Made by a program: the position numbers and the translations under genes
Shown: in pieces, positions 29,601 to 38,764 of the stretch
Layout of the letters: each line of letters starts with the position of its first letter
Position numbering within the stretch: position 1 is the first letter of the stretch
DNA from: an uncultured Prevotella sp.
GTDB taxonomy: Bacteria; Bacteroidota; Bacteroidia; Bacteroidales; Bacteroidaceae
Length of the DNA: 38,764 bases
Reading direction: 5' to 3'
Assembly (NCBI GenBank): GCA_947072805.1
Contig: CAMTJK010000001.1
Coordinates: 1 to 38,764, forward strand
The notes under the pieces: model-generated
Seen by the model: the letters and a program-made list of their open reading frames with translations, nothing else
Database searches by the model: none
What the model was told of the DNA's origin: nothing

Positions 29601-29807
29601 TTATTTGTCGATGATGTAGGCAAAGAGTACGGCGCAGAAGCCAAACAGCGCAATGATGACAAGTGTCATGAACGCATATTTTGTAAAATAATTGCGGCGC
29701 TTTATTGCTCTTAACGATTCTCTCTTGAATCTGCTTGCGTCATCTACTTCCTTTGCTTTGCTATGATTCATTTTGTGTTGTACTCTTATATTATCCATAT
29801 TTTTCAT
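29601..29807 (-). CDS. Small hypothetical membrane protein
   Basis: 68 aa with a basic N-terminus and a C-terminal TM helix; lies downstream of pepC and ahead of a terminator. Confidence 0.6.
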   Translation of the reverse strand: MKNMDNIRVQHKMNHSKAKEVDDASRFKRESLRAIKRRNYFTKYAFMTLVIIALFGFCAVLFAYIIDK

Positions 29808-29864
29808 TCTTTTATTTTTCCAATGATACTCTGCCGTAATAAATTGTCAGCGGAGTGGGAACTC

Positions 29865-31067
29865 TTATATTCCCATTTTTTTGCGTATGTCTTTAGGTAT
29901 GGCGTTTTTGTTTACCATGAAGTCCATTGTGTTAGCGATGATAAAGGTCTTGGTCATGTACCAAATGCCTTTGTAGTCACCGAATTCACCCCATGAATTT
30001 TTTACCATATAGTACTCCTTGCCGTTTTGGTCTTTAGCTATACCATATATAAGCATACCGTGATCGTCTGTTAGCTCCCAGTTGTCATAGCGCTGTTGTC
30101 GCATTTCCTGTGTGGGTACTATTTCGGGCGCTGTGCAACCGAGAGAGTCGAAAAGTTCGCTTTTCTTGCTCTTTTCAAGACGTAGCCAACGTGCAGCATC
30201 GCTGCCGGAAAGGCTTTGTACCTGCTTCATGTCGTAAGCGTAAGCTGTTCCCTTGCGTGTGAACCCCTCTTCCGATACATCGCCGCCCCAGGCTACAGTA
30301 TAGCCGTTGTTGATGGCGTTGTCAATAATACGCTGCATATCTTCCATGGGGATGTTCCAGGACAGAGGATTACGCCAGTTATCTTGCACTTCCACGGCAA
30401 ACTGTGTCCAGAAAGGATGGTGCGTGTAGCTCGTTATGGTCACGTAGTCATCCCAATTTAAGCTAAGGCTTTGTGCAAATTCTTTAGGAGTGTAGGTCTT
30501 ACCTTCATATTTGAAAGTTTCGGGGCACTGTCCGAGGTAGGCGTCAAGTATTCCCTGCAGTCCCACTTTCCATTGCGAGGATATTTTCTTTGCTTCGCTT
30601 TTAGCTATCGTGGTGACATATGGCGTCATAACCTCGAAGAATTCGTTAAAGTTGTTTAGCGAATCTCCGTAAAGACTTCCGGCAAAGGGCATTGCGTCTT
30701 CCGGACAGATACCGTAGTTCTGAAGTACGTAAAGTACGTCATAGGCAGATCCACCCTGTGAGAATTGGCAATCGCCGTGCAGTCTTACAACCTGGATGGC
30801 ACGATCCATATAATTCTTGTTAGTAACAAAGGCCTCGCAAAGATCGTAGGTCTTGCCGCTCTTTTTCAGTATTTCGCTCTCAAAGTACGACAATGTAGAA
30901 TAAGCCCAGCAGGTGCCACTGCGGTTCTGGTCCTTGATACTTGTGATTGGATTCTCTTTGACAGTGGTGAATACAGGCTTGTTCTTGTTCACCGTTTCTT
31001 TGTCTTCCTGAGCCTGTACGCTCATAGCCATAAGGGAAATGAGCGCAAGTGATAAAATTTTTTTCAT
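29865..31067 (-). CDS. pepC: Aminopeptidase C (C1B, bleomycin-hydrolase family), secreted
   Basis: QNRSGTCW, TDDHGM, VKNSWG and a signal peptide. Confidence 0.88.
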   Translation of the reverse strand: MKKILSLALISLMAMSVQAQEDKETVNKNKPVFTTVKENPITSIKDQNRSGTCWAYSTLSYFESEILKKSGKTYDLCEAFVTNKNYMDRAIQVVRLHGDCQFSQGGSAYDVLYVLQNYGICPEDAMPFAGSLYGDSLNNFNEFFEVMTPYVTTIAKSEAKKISSQWKVGLQGILDAYLGQCPETFKYEGKTYTPKEFAQSLSLNWDDYVTITSYTHHPFWTQFAVEVQDNWRNPLSWNIPMEDMQRIIDNAINNGYTVAWGGDVSEEGFTRKGTAYAYDMKQVQSLSGSDAARWLRLEKSKKSELFDSLGCTAPEIVPTQEMRQQRYDNWELTDDHGMLIYGIAKDQNGKEYYMVKNSWGEFGDYKGIWYMTKTFIIANTMDFMVNKNAIPKDIRKKMGI

Positions 31068-31082
31068 GTTATTATTGTTATT

Positions 31083-32477
31083 TTAGTTGCTCTCCATGTA
31101 TTTCTCAATGTCTTCCGGGTGGTATGGGATGCGGTTGGCACCGAGGAAACGACAACCGTCTTTAGTGATGAGAATGTCGTCCTCAATGCGAATGCCTCCA
31201 AAATCCTTGTATGTCTCGAGCAAGTCGAAGTTTATCCACTCTTTGCAGTGTCCCTTGGCACGCCAATCATCGATGAGTGCAGGAATAAAGTAAATTCCAG
31301 GTTCGTCTGTCATTACGAAGTTCTCTTCAAGTCTACGCCCCATGCGGAGACAGTTTGTGCCGAATTGCGTAGAGGGTTGTGTCTCGTCGTCGAAGCCTAC
31401 ATACTGCTGTCCAAGACCCTCCATGTCGTGAACGTCCATACCCATCATGTGTCCCAGACCGTGAGGCATGAACATGGCATGGGCTCCGGCTTGCACAGCT
31501 TCTTCTGTATCACCCTTCATCAGACCAATATCCTTTAGTTTATCGGTCATCATCCTGCATACATCCATGTGGACGTCATACCATCGTACCCCCGGCTTTG
31601 CCACTTCAATGGCGTAGTCGTGGCAAGATTCCACTATGCGGTATATATCCAACTGCCTTTGTGTGAATTTTCCTGATACAGGAAAAGTGCGGGTGTTGTC
31701 GGAACAGTAGTCGTTAAGTTCACATCCGGAATCACATAAAGCCAGACGTCCGGATTCAAGAAGATTATCGGACGGTCCGCCGTGCATTATTTCTCCATGC
31801 TGTGTGAATATTGTGGGAAAACTTACTTTCTGTGCGTGTGAGTTGGCGATGCCATCAACCTGTCCGCCTACATAGCGTTCTGTACGTCCAGGGCGTGTCA
31901 GCTTCATGGCGGTGGTGTGCATGAGGTAGCCTACCTCGCAGGCAGCTTCAATGGCGACAATCTCCTGCTGTTCCTTTGTGGAACGCATCTTTACCACGGC
32001 ATTGATAAGTTCTATTGAAGCCGACTCACGTTGTTGGTTGGGGTGGATGCCGAGCAGATCCATTATGAATATTTGTGTGTCGTGGCGATAAGGAGGCAGA
32101 AAGTGTATTTTGCGATGGCTGTCAAGAGCTTTGTTGCAGATGGACTTTAGTTCTTTGAGAGGGAAAGTGGTGCTTATTCCGACTTGTGATGCCATGTTGC
32201 TTACACTTTCTACTTCGCCGAACCATACAATATCCTCAATGTCAATGTCATTGCCGATAAGAATGTCGTTGTCGTTGTCAATATCGATAACACCAACAAG
32301 GCCGTCGCGATGCAGCCCGAAATAGTAAAGGAAACAGGAATCCTGTCTGAAAGGATAGTAGGAATTGGCCGGATAGTTGGCTGGAGATTCGTTGTTGCCA
32401 AATAAAAAGATTATGCCGCTCTTTACAAGTTTTTTCAACTCTGTACGACGGCGAATATAGGTTTCTTCGCTAAACAT
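31083..32477 (-). CDS. pepP: Xaa-Pro aminopeptidase (M24B)
   Basis: FRQDS, YCSDNTRTFP, HGLGHMMGMDVHD, EPGIYF and GGIRIEDD. Confidence 0.9.
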   Translation of the reverse strand: MFSEETYIRRRTELKKLVKSGIIFLFGNNESPANYPANSYYPFRQDSCFLYYFGLHRDGLVGVIDIDNDNDILIGNDIDIEDIVWFGEVESVSNMASQVGISTTFPLKELKSICNKALDSHRKIHFLPPYRHDTQIFIMDLLGIHPNQQRESASIELINAVVKMRSTKEQQEIVAIEAACEVGYLMHTTAMKLTRPGRTERYVGGQVDGIANSHAQKVSFPTIFTQHGEIMHGGPSDNLLESGRLALCDSGCELNDYCSDNTRTFPVSGKFTQRQLDIYRIVESCHDYAIEVAKPGVRWYDVHMDVCRMMTDKLKDIGLMKGDTEEAVQAGAHAMFMPHGLGHMMGMDVHDMEGLGQQYVGFDDETQPSTQFGTNCLRMGRRLEENFVMTDEPGIYFIPALIDDWRAKGHCKEWINFDLLETYKDFGGIRIEDDILITKDGCRFLGANRIPYHPEDIEKYMESN

Positions 32478-32513
32478 AATTAAAAAAACGCCTTTTTATA
32501 ATGGAATGTGCTG

Positions 32514-32551
32514 CAAAGATATAGCTTTTTTGATGAAAATCAGTATCTTTG
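32514..32551. promoter_or_regulatory. Back-to-back divergent -7 boxes (TATCTTTG) for pepP and the patatin gene
   Basis: caaagata at 32514-21 and tatctttg at 32544-51. Confidence 0.6.
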
Positions 32552-32570
32552 CGTGATTTTTAAGTAAAAA

Positions 32571-33413
32571 ATGCAAATTGACAGAAATACAGGATTGGTA
32601 CTTGAGGGTGGGGGAATGAGAGGCGTTTTTACAAGCGGAGTGCTCGATGCCTTCATGAAATATGAATGCCATTTCAAATATGTTGTCGCTGTTTCTGCCG
32701 GCGCCTGCAATGGAATGTCATACATTAGTCGCCAGCCGAGACGAGCCCGGATATCGAATATTGACATGCTTGTGAAGTATGATTATCTCGGGCTACATCA
32801 ATTCTTTAATCACGGATGTATTTATGACCCAGAATTGCTTTATGACAAGTTTCCTAACGAGATAGTACCTTTTGACTATGATACGTATTTCAAGAATGCC
32901 GCAACATTTGAAATGGTAACAACCAATTGCCTGACAGGTAGGGCAGAATACCTCTCCGAGGTGTCCGATCGCCGTAGAGCTATTGATATAGTGCATGCAA
33001 GTAGCAGTCTCCCCTATGTATGCAAGATAATAAATGTGGATGGAGTGCCGATGCTTGATGGTGGAATAGTAGATAGTATCCCCGTGATGAGGGCTGTGTC
33101 TACAGGACATTGCTGTAATGTTGTCATTTCAACGCGCAACAGAGGATACCGCAATCAGGGGCGTGATCGCAAGATACCACCTTTTATATATAGTGAATAT
33201 CCACGGTTGAGGGTAGCGCTAAGCCACCGTATAGATGCTTACAATAACCAGTTGGAGATGATCGAAAGAATGGAGGATGAGGGAAGCGTCATATGCATTC
33301 GTCCACGTCGTATGATGGACGTCGATAGATTGACTAAGGACGCCAGAAAGTTGGAAGCATTATATGAGGAAGGTTATAAGCTTGGATGTGAATTTTGTGA
33401 GAAATATATGTAA
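32571..33413 (+). CDS. Patatin-like phospholipase family protein
   Basis: LEGGGMRG, AVSAG and DGG. Confidence 0.88.
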   Translation: MQIDRNTGLVLEGGGMRGVFTSGVLDAFMKYECHFKYVVAVSAGACNGMSYISRQPRRARISNIDMLVKYDYLGLHQFFNHGCIYDPELLYDKFPNEIVPFDYDTYFKNAATFEMVTTNCLTGRAEYLSEVSDRRRAIDIVHASSSLPYVCKIINVDGVPMLDGGIVDSIPVMRAVSTGHCCNVVISTRNRGYRNQGRDRKIPPFIYSEYPRLRVALSHRIDAYNNQLEMIERMEDEGSVICIRPRRMMDVDRLTKDARKLEALYEEGYKLGCEFCEKYM

Positions 33414-33453
33414 TAACTATTATACAGTCATGAACAACTACTATAAAATTACT

Positions 33454-36030
33454 ATGGAAATCAAGAAAAAAACTATTATGACGCTTATGATAGCGTTGAT
33501 GGCTATTCCTGTTGTAGGCCAGAAGAGCGAGTGCTGTAACAGCCAATGCCAGTCGGAGGCAGAAATCTTTCTTTATTCTCCCGATGAAAAGCAGGGATTT
33601 CATGTAGCATCACCGGCAGATGATGGCAATTTTGCCGATTTGGGACAGCTGTTTTCTTCCGACTATTCGCGTTGGGGCTCGGAGAAGCGGATGTATTCTC
33701 CGTTTGTATGCCATCTTGAGAATGGCGGGTACGTGGCTGTATTTCAGGTAAACGATTATTCTCCATGTTTTGCCGTAACACGTTCTGATAATCTTGTTGC
33801 TTGGCGACCGCAGGACTATCCCCGTATGTCTGTTGCCGGATGTTTGGATCCTGTGGTGCGTCGTGGCAACAACAATTTATATTCTGTCATCTTCAAGACC
33901 AAGGATGGAAAGTATAGGAAAACAACAACTGATGCTGATTTCAGGCATTTTTCAGCCGATGTTACAGCCACTGCTGATGAGTATTTAGCTGCAAAAGGTA
34001 GTTGTGTCAATATTTCAGTTGGAGGCAAACTCTTCTCGGGATGTAAATTGACGGTTCCTTCGTGTCTTGTTGGTAAGTTGAAATCGCATTTTTCTACACT
34101 TGCAGAGAACGAGAAACGCAATAGCGAAACATTAGTTGATGATGAAAAGCTACGCAATTTATTGGGTGGTAAGGCAATAAATGCATTTCTGACTATCGAC
34201 GGCAAACGGCAGAAGGATATAAGCGACAAGCTTGTAGGTGTGTTCTTTGAGGATATCAGCTATGCTGCAGACGGCGGCCTATATGCCGAACTGATACAGA
34301 ATCGTGATTTCGAATACAATTCCAATGACCATAAAGGATGGACATCATCAACTTCGTGGCGCTCATCGTCGGGTATATTAAGTATCAGAAATGACATGCC
34401 TCTTAGCAGAAACAATTCTCATTATGTCGTCATCTCTTCCGATACCTTGTTCAATACAGGATGGGATGGAATTGTTGTGAAAAAAGACGCAAAGTATGAT
34501 TTCAGTTTTTTTGCCAACAACATATCCGGAAAGTCAAAAAATGTGCTTGTTGCCTTATATGCCGATGGACGGATTATCGCCTCATCAACCATTGCTACTG
34601 CTGGAAGAGCCGGAGAATGGAAAAAATACGAAGCAGTGCTCACAGCTACAGAAAATGCAGATAAGGCCGAACTTATGATTGTTCCTTTGAAGAAAAACGA
34701 CGTGGCGTTGGATATGATCAGCCTCTTTCCACAGTATACATATAACGGCAGAAAAAATGGACTTCGTAAGGATCTTGCCCAAACCATTGCCGATATTCAT
34801 CCTAAGTTCATACGCTTTCCTGGTGGTTGTATGAGTCACGGTGACGGAATTGACAACATATATCACTGGTGGCACACCGTAGGTCCTCTTGAGGAGAGAA
34901 AACCCGACAGCAATATATGGAGATACCATCAGACAAGGGGATTGGGTTTTTATGAATATTTTCAGTTCTGTGAGGACATACAGGCAGAGCCTCTTCCAGT
35001 ATTGGCTGCAGGTGTGCCATGTCAGAATTCTGGTGCTGACGCCAATGGCTATGGCGGGCAGCAGGGCGGCATACCAATGGAAGAGATGCAGGCATATGTT
35101 CAGGAACTGTTTGATCTGATAGAGTGGGCAAATGGCGATCCTGCAACAAATAAATGGGCAAAAATGCGTGCTGACGCCGGACATCCTGCGCCTTTTAACC
35201 TTAAATATATAGGTATAGGCAACGAAGATCTCATATCAACAGCTTTTGAAGAACGTTGTCTTATGATATGTAAGGCTATAAAGGAACGTTACCCCGATAT
35301 TACGATATGCGGAACAGTGGGACCTTTCCATTATCCTTCGTCTGACTACGTGGAGGGATGGACGTTTGCAAATGCAAACAAAAACGTCATAGACATGGTT
35401 GATGAGCATTATTATGAGAGTGTGGGTTGGTTTCTCAATAACCAGCACTATTATGACAAATACGACCGCAAAGGACCGAAGGTCTATCTTGGCGAATATG
35501 CAGCAAGGATGGGCAAGCGTTATCTTGACTGTGCTTTGGCAGAGGCTGTGCATCTGTGTAATATAGAGCGTAATGCAGATGTAGTATCCATGACATCATA
35601 TGCACCCTTATTGTCGAAAAACGGTCATAGTAACTGGAATCCGGATATGCTTTATTTTGACAACAAGAACATACAGAAGACACCCAACTACGAGACACAG
35701 CGCCTGTTTTCCACTTATTCCGGCAACAGATATGTCGAGTCAGCATTGCAGATAGACAGTGTCGCAGGTCATAGGGTGGCGACGAGTGTTGTACGTGACA
35801 CAAAGACCGGTCAGGCTTTTCTGAAGGTTGTCAATGTGTTGCCTGTGGAATTGAATATTGATGTCACATCAACGAATCTTCCTTTGGCAAATATTGTCAG
35901 ATACGAGGGATACAGTGGAAAGCCCGGACAGTCAAGGGTTAGCGTTGAACGTGGTACCTATTCCAAAACGCCAGACAATGTACTGCACATCAGTCTTCCA
36001 CCTTACTCATTGCGCGTTATAATGTTATGA
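33454..36030 (+). CDS. GH51 alpha-L-arabinofuranosidase with an N-terminal extension
   Basis: FFEDISYAADGGLYAELIQNRDFE, RFPGGC, IGIGNE, DEHYY, LGEYA and SYAPL. Confidence 0.9.
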   Translation: MEIKKKTIMTLMIALMAIPVVGQKSECCNSQCQSEAEIFLYSPDEKQGFHVASPADDGNFADLGQLFSSDYSRWGSEKRMYSPFVCHLENGGYVAVFQVNDYSPCFAVTRSDNLVAWRPQDYPRMSVAGCLDPVVRRGNNNLYSVIFKTKDGKYRKTTTDADFRHFSADVTATADEYLAAKGSCVNISVGGKLFSGCKLTVPSCLVGKLKSHFSTLAENEKRNSETLVDDEKLRNLLGGKAINAFLTIDGKRQKDISDKLVGVFFEDISYAADGGLYAELIQNRDFEYNSNDHKGWTSSTSWRSSSGILSIRNDMPLSRNNSHYVVISSDTLFNTGWDGIVVKKDAKYDFSFFANNISGKSKNVLVALYADGRIIASSTIATAGRAGEWKKYEAVLTATENADKAELMIVPLKKNDVALDMISLFPQYTYNGRKNGLRKDLAQTIADIHPKFIRFPGGCMSHGDGIDNIYHWWHTVGPLEERKPDSNIWRYHQTRGLGFYEYFQFCEDIQAEPLPVLAAGVPCQNSGADANGYGGQQGGIPMEEMQAYVQELFDLIEWANGDPATNKWAKMRADAGHPAPFNLKYIGIGNEDLISTAFEERCLMICKAIKERYPDITICGTVGPFHYPSSDYVEGWTFANANKNVIDMVDEHYYESVGWFLNNQHYYDKYDRKGPKVYLGEYAARMGKRYLDCALAEAVHLCNIERNADVVSMTSYAPLLSKNGHSNWNPDMLYFDNKNIQKTPNYETQRLFSTYSGNRYVESALQIDSVAGHRVATSVVRDTKTGQAFLKVVNVLPVELNIDVTSTNLPLANIVRYEGYSGKPGQSRVSVERGTYSKTPDNVLHISLPPYSLRVIML

Positions 36031-36071
36031 CGTTTGGATTTCCGAGGAGATAATGTGGATATCAGATATTA

Positions 36072-36114
36072 TAGGCTGTGTTATAAATGAGTATATAGCA
36101 CAGCCTAATTTTTT
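36072..36114 (+). terminator. Intrinsic terminator after the GH51 gene
   Basis: taggctgtgttata/tatagcacagccta stem followed by a T-tract. Confidence 0.75.
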
Positions 36115-36229
36115 AATTCTGAATGATGTCCTCTATAAATAGTATAGGCTTATTCTATACTTGTGTAAAGGTGAAGGCTTTTATAGCATTCCCAAAAATA
36201 TCTTTCGCGATCTAATGGCCTATTGGGGT

Positions 36230-37471
36230 TTAGTGCTCGGTATTGCTAATCTCTCTATATCCGACAAGTCTCCATGTACGTTCGCCAGTTCCTTTGAAGT
36301 ATACGTAAGCCTGGTATCTGTTTTCCGTTTGATAAAAGCATCCTTCTGTTGGTGGAATCATTGTAGACCCATCATGCCCACGCAGGAGATAGCGGTATGA
36401 GTAATAGCCTTGCTTCTGCATAAGGGTAAGGTTGTATGTTCCGTCGCTGTCGTCATATTCCATTATATAGCTGTTTTTGTCATTGTCTGTTGTCCATTGT
36501 CCGTCCACCATAAGCTGTCCGCCGTTAAGAAATGCTGATTGTAGTTTGTAGTGCACGAAGACATAGTCGCATGTGTTGTTATTGTCTATGTTGTCACTGT
36601 TACGTATGTAGAAAGAGCCGTTGGCATCATGGTCATATAGATAGTTCTTGCGTTCTTTGTCCATAAACGGATATACGTTGAAGTAGTTTCCGTCCCATGA
36701 AATTCTGTCAATACCCATTGTGGGGTGTGTAACATCGAGCACTTCAAATTTGTGATATTCATTGCCGCCTTCAAATATCAGGCTACGGTTGTGTTTCCAT
36801 TCAAGTCCTTTCGTGTTTATGATGTTCGGGCGTACGTTCATTCTCATGTCGTACTCACTGTTGTTTTGGGTTATTACGGTGGTAAGTTGCCGTTCCGGAT
36901 TTGTTATTCTCACGTTGCCGTAGTTCAGCCACATATTTATCTGTTGGTGACGCTTGTTTATGTCCAGGTCTGTGTTGGTTGTGCATTCGAGCCTTATGTT
37001 CATTATTGGTTCCACGACCATAAATCTTATCATGGCCACCGAGTCGCCGGTTTCATCGTCAATCACTGTTATGCGATAGTTCCCGCTCATTTTCAGACTG
37101 CAATTATCGTTTGGCAGTCTGAAAGAGTAGTGTGTATATAGTACTGTTGTGTTCAGGGAATTTTCGTAATCCTCAATTGGATTGTCATTGAAGCCTGTCA
37201 GGAAGTCGCTTTCAAATAATTCTTCAGACCTTGTCCAGTCTGCTTCACAGTGATCTATGTGATATATAAAGCGTTTGTAGGTGTGAGAAAGTTCATCGAA
37301 CGAGACGTTCAGCACATCATCGCTTCCGAGCCTCATTACCGGAGGTGACAGCCAGTCGTTGTTTGTCATTACCTGTAACGTCTTTATCTGTCTGCTTATT
37401 ACGGTCTGTTTTATAGCTAGAGCAGTGTTGCTCGGTATTAAGAGCAGCAATAAAAATATGATATTTCTCAT
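36230..37471 (-). CDS. DUF5103 / T9SS plug-like protein
   Basis: SFDELS, HCEADW, YTHY, SGNY, GGNEY, KQGYYSY and GCFYQTENRY match this family as I recall it. Confidence 0.75.
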   Translation of the reverse strand: MRNIIFLLLLLIPSNTALAIKQTVISRQIKTLQVMTNNDWLSPPVMRLGSDDVLNVSFDELSHTYKRFIYHIDHCEADWTRSEELFESDFLTGFNDNPIEDYENSLNTTVLYTHYSFRLPNDNCSLKMSGNYRITVIDDETGDSVAMIRFMVVEPIMNIRLECTTNTDLDINKRHQQINMWLNYGNVRITNPERQLTTVITQNNSEYDMRMNVRPNIINTKGLEWKHNRSLIFEGGNEYHKFEVLDVTHPTMGIDRISWDGNYFNVYPFMDKERKNYLYDHDANGSFYIRNSDNIDNNNTCDYVFVHYKLQSAFLNGGQLMVDGQWTTDNDKNSYIMEYDDSDGTYNLTLMQKQGYYSYRYLLRGHDGSTMIPPTEGCFYQTENRYQAYVYFKGTGERTWRLVGYREISNTEH

Positions 37472-38127
37472 TCCATGTTCTCCTCGTTCTTTAGTTTCAG
37501 ATACATTGACGGCGTCATTCCGATGACATTCTTGAATGCCTTTATGAAGTTGCTTGCCGATTTATATCCAAGGTCTTCATATATAGCCTGAATGGTCATG
37601 TTGCCGTATTTCTTAGAGTAAGACAACCTACGCGATGCCTCACGTATTCTGTATTCGTTAAGCAATGTCTTGAAGTTTTTCCCGAAAGCCTCGTTTATAC
37701 ACCACGAGACATAGCTTGTATTTGAGTCTACCATGCTCACAAGCGTATTGAGGTTGAAGTCTGGCTTGCATATCACCTCTACGTCTTCCATTACGGATAG
37801 TATCTTGTTTATGAGACGTATTTTCCGGTCTGCATCAAGGCCTATGTCATTCCGTTTGTCAGTCTTTTCTTTCTCTATGTTATCCTGTGGTTTTTCCATT
37901 ATGTCCAACAGTTCTTTCAGCATTCTGCTGTTTCTCGCATTGCCCATTTCCATGTCGGACTCTTTCGTATAACATTCGAGCGCGTCGGAATATAGCTCTT
38001 GTTCATATAATCTGTAACCCTCGTCGATAATATTCTTGAGGGTAGATTTGTCGTTCCCTGTCGCATCATTGGCAAAAACAGGCAGGAACATTATCAGTGT
38101 AATGATTATTGTAACAAGAATTTTCAT
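37468..38127 (-). CDS. AraC-family regulator with a signal peptide; sensor/TM region apparently deleted in frame
   Basis: Signal-like N-terminus and one TPR-like helix (YSDALECYTK), then directly an AraC domain (SNTSYVSWCINE...NEYRIREA...LGYKSASNFIKAFKNVIGMTPS). Confidence 0.75.
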   Translation of the reverse strand: MKILVTIIITLIMFLPVFANDATGNDKSTLKNIIDEGYRLYEQELYSDALECYTKESDMEMGNARNSRMLKELLDIMEKPQDNIEKEKTDKRNDIGLDADRKIRLINKILSVMEDVEVICKPDFNLNTLVSMVDSNTSYVSWCINEAFGKNFKTLLNEYRIREASRRLSYSKKYGNMTIQAIYEDLGYKSASNFIKAFKNVIGMTPSMYLKLKNEENME

Positions 38128-38371
38128 TTATAAAACGGTACGATGATGCAAAGTTAGCAAAATCTCGCACATTATTGAGTTATATGTCCCGATTTTCTGA
38201 AATGCGTGCCCTTTGCTACAGTAGAAAAAATAGAGTAGGAGACGAGAAAAAATAATGAGACGAGAACGAGATTTCTTTTATTATGTGATGGTACGCGCAG
38301 TTTTGTGATTAGTAATTGAAAGATACAATTTGATGCCTGATACAGTATTCTCTATGATAACTAAAGCGAGC

Positions 38372-38764
38372 GCTCGTAACTGCACTTAATGAAAGTTAAT
38401 TTGTAAAGATATTTGGTCGAATTTAACATTTTTAAATCCGGTATTCTAGGTGTAAATATTTGTTAATGAAAGTGGGCCGATTTATGCTCCCGACGGGTCG
38501 AAAAACGATCCCAGTTTTTTGGCAACGCGATTACGTCGTAATGACATCGCCATTACGATGAAATCGCATTGCGATTTCGACGTAACGGCGATGCGATAAA
38601 AGCTATATCGCAATGAGCTCACGTACGTAATGGCAAACCGATGAAATGGTATTAAATCGCAAAACGCGTAACTCGCTGACTATCAGCGCTCCCTATTTGA
38701 GATGAAAAACGCTCATTTTCGCGTCGTAGGTTTCAAATCGAGGTTTGGGTGCCGATTAACACAC
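38372..38764 (+). mobile_element. ~450-bp non-coding dispersed element, copy 3 (truncated by the window end)
   Basis: GCTCGTAACTGCAC...GATTAACACAC is colinear with 267..659. Confidence 0.85.

Noticed and set aside
32513-32552. Inverted repeat GCAAAGATA/TATCTTTGC as an invertible promoter
   Set aside because: It is fully explained by two divergent -7 boxes, and no recombinase is nearby.
38238-38270. Short GAGACGAGAA direct repeat
   Set aside because: Two short copies in purine-rich intergenic DNA, with no supportable function.

Overview
The window looks like Bacteroidota chromosomal DNA, probably Prevotellaceae (inferred from gene content and TAnnTTTG promoters). It begins and ends in repeat sequence, so it may be a whole contig. 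Core genes encode a GldB-like lipoprotein, a TIGR01212 radical SAM protein, DPP-IV, a GH105/88-DUF4861 fusion, an SDR, an 11-subunit Nuo complex without nuoEFG (nuoA,B,CD,H-N), ComEC, an OprO/P-type porin, UvrA, a T9SS type-B CTD protein, PepC, PepP, a patatin, a GH51, a T9SS plug-like protein and an internally deleted AraC sensor. Two features stand out. (1) A ~450-bp non-coding element occurs three times (265..715 +, 23986..24439 -, 38372..end +) and has an 11-bp-periodic palindromic core. One copy is flanked by a 9-bp duplication, and removing it restores the ATG of an excisionase-like HTH gene, which points to mobility. (2) An accessory islet (~20.8-24.5 kb) seems to have replaced an AraC/RND-TolC locus. 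It carries an antitoxin with a deleted GNAT toxin and a cassette made of a ~127-nt structured RNA leader, a 43-aa YxKP...LLAGS peptide and a type V pilin-like lipoprotein whose C-terminus resembles a DGR variable region. No reverse transcriptase or template repeat is visible in the window. All calls come from reading the sequence and recognising motifs; no searches were run.
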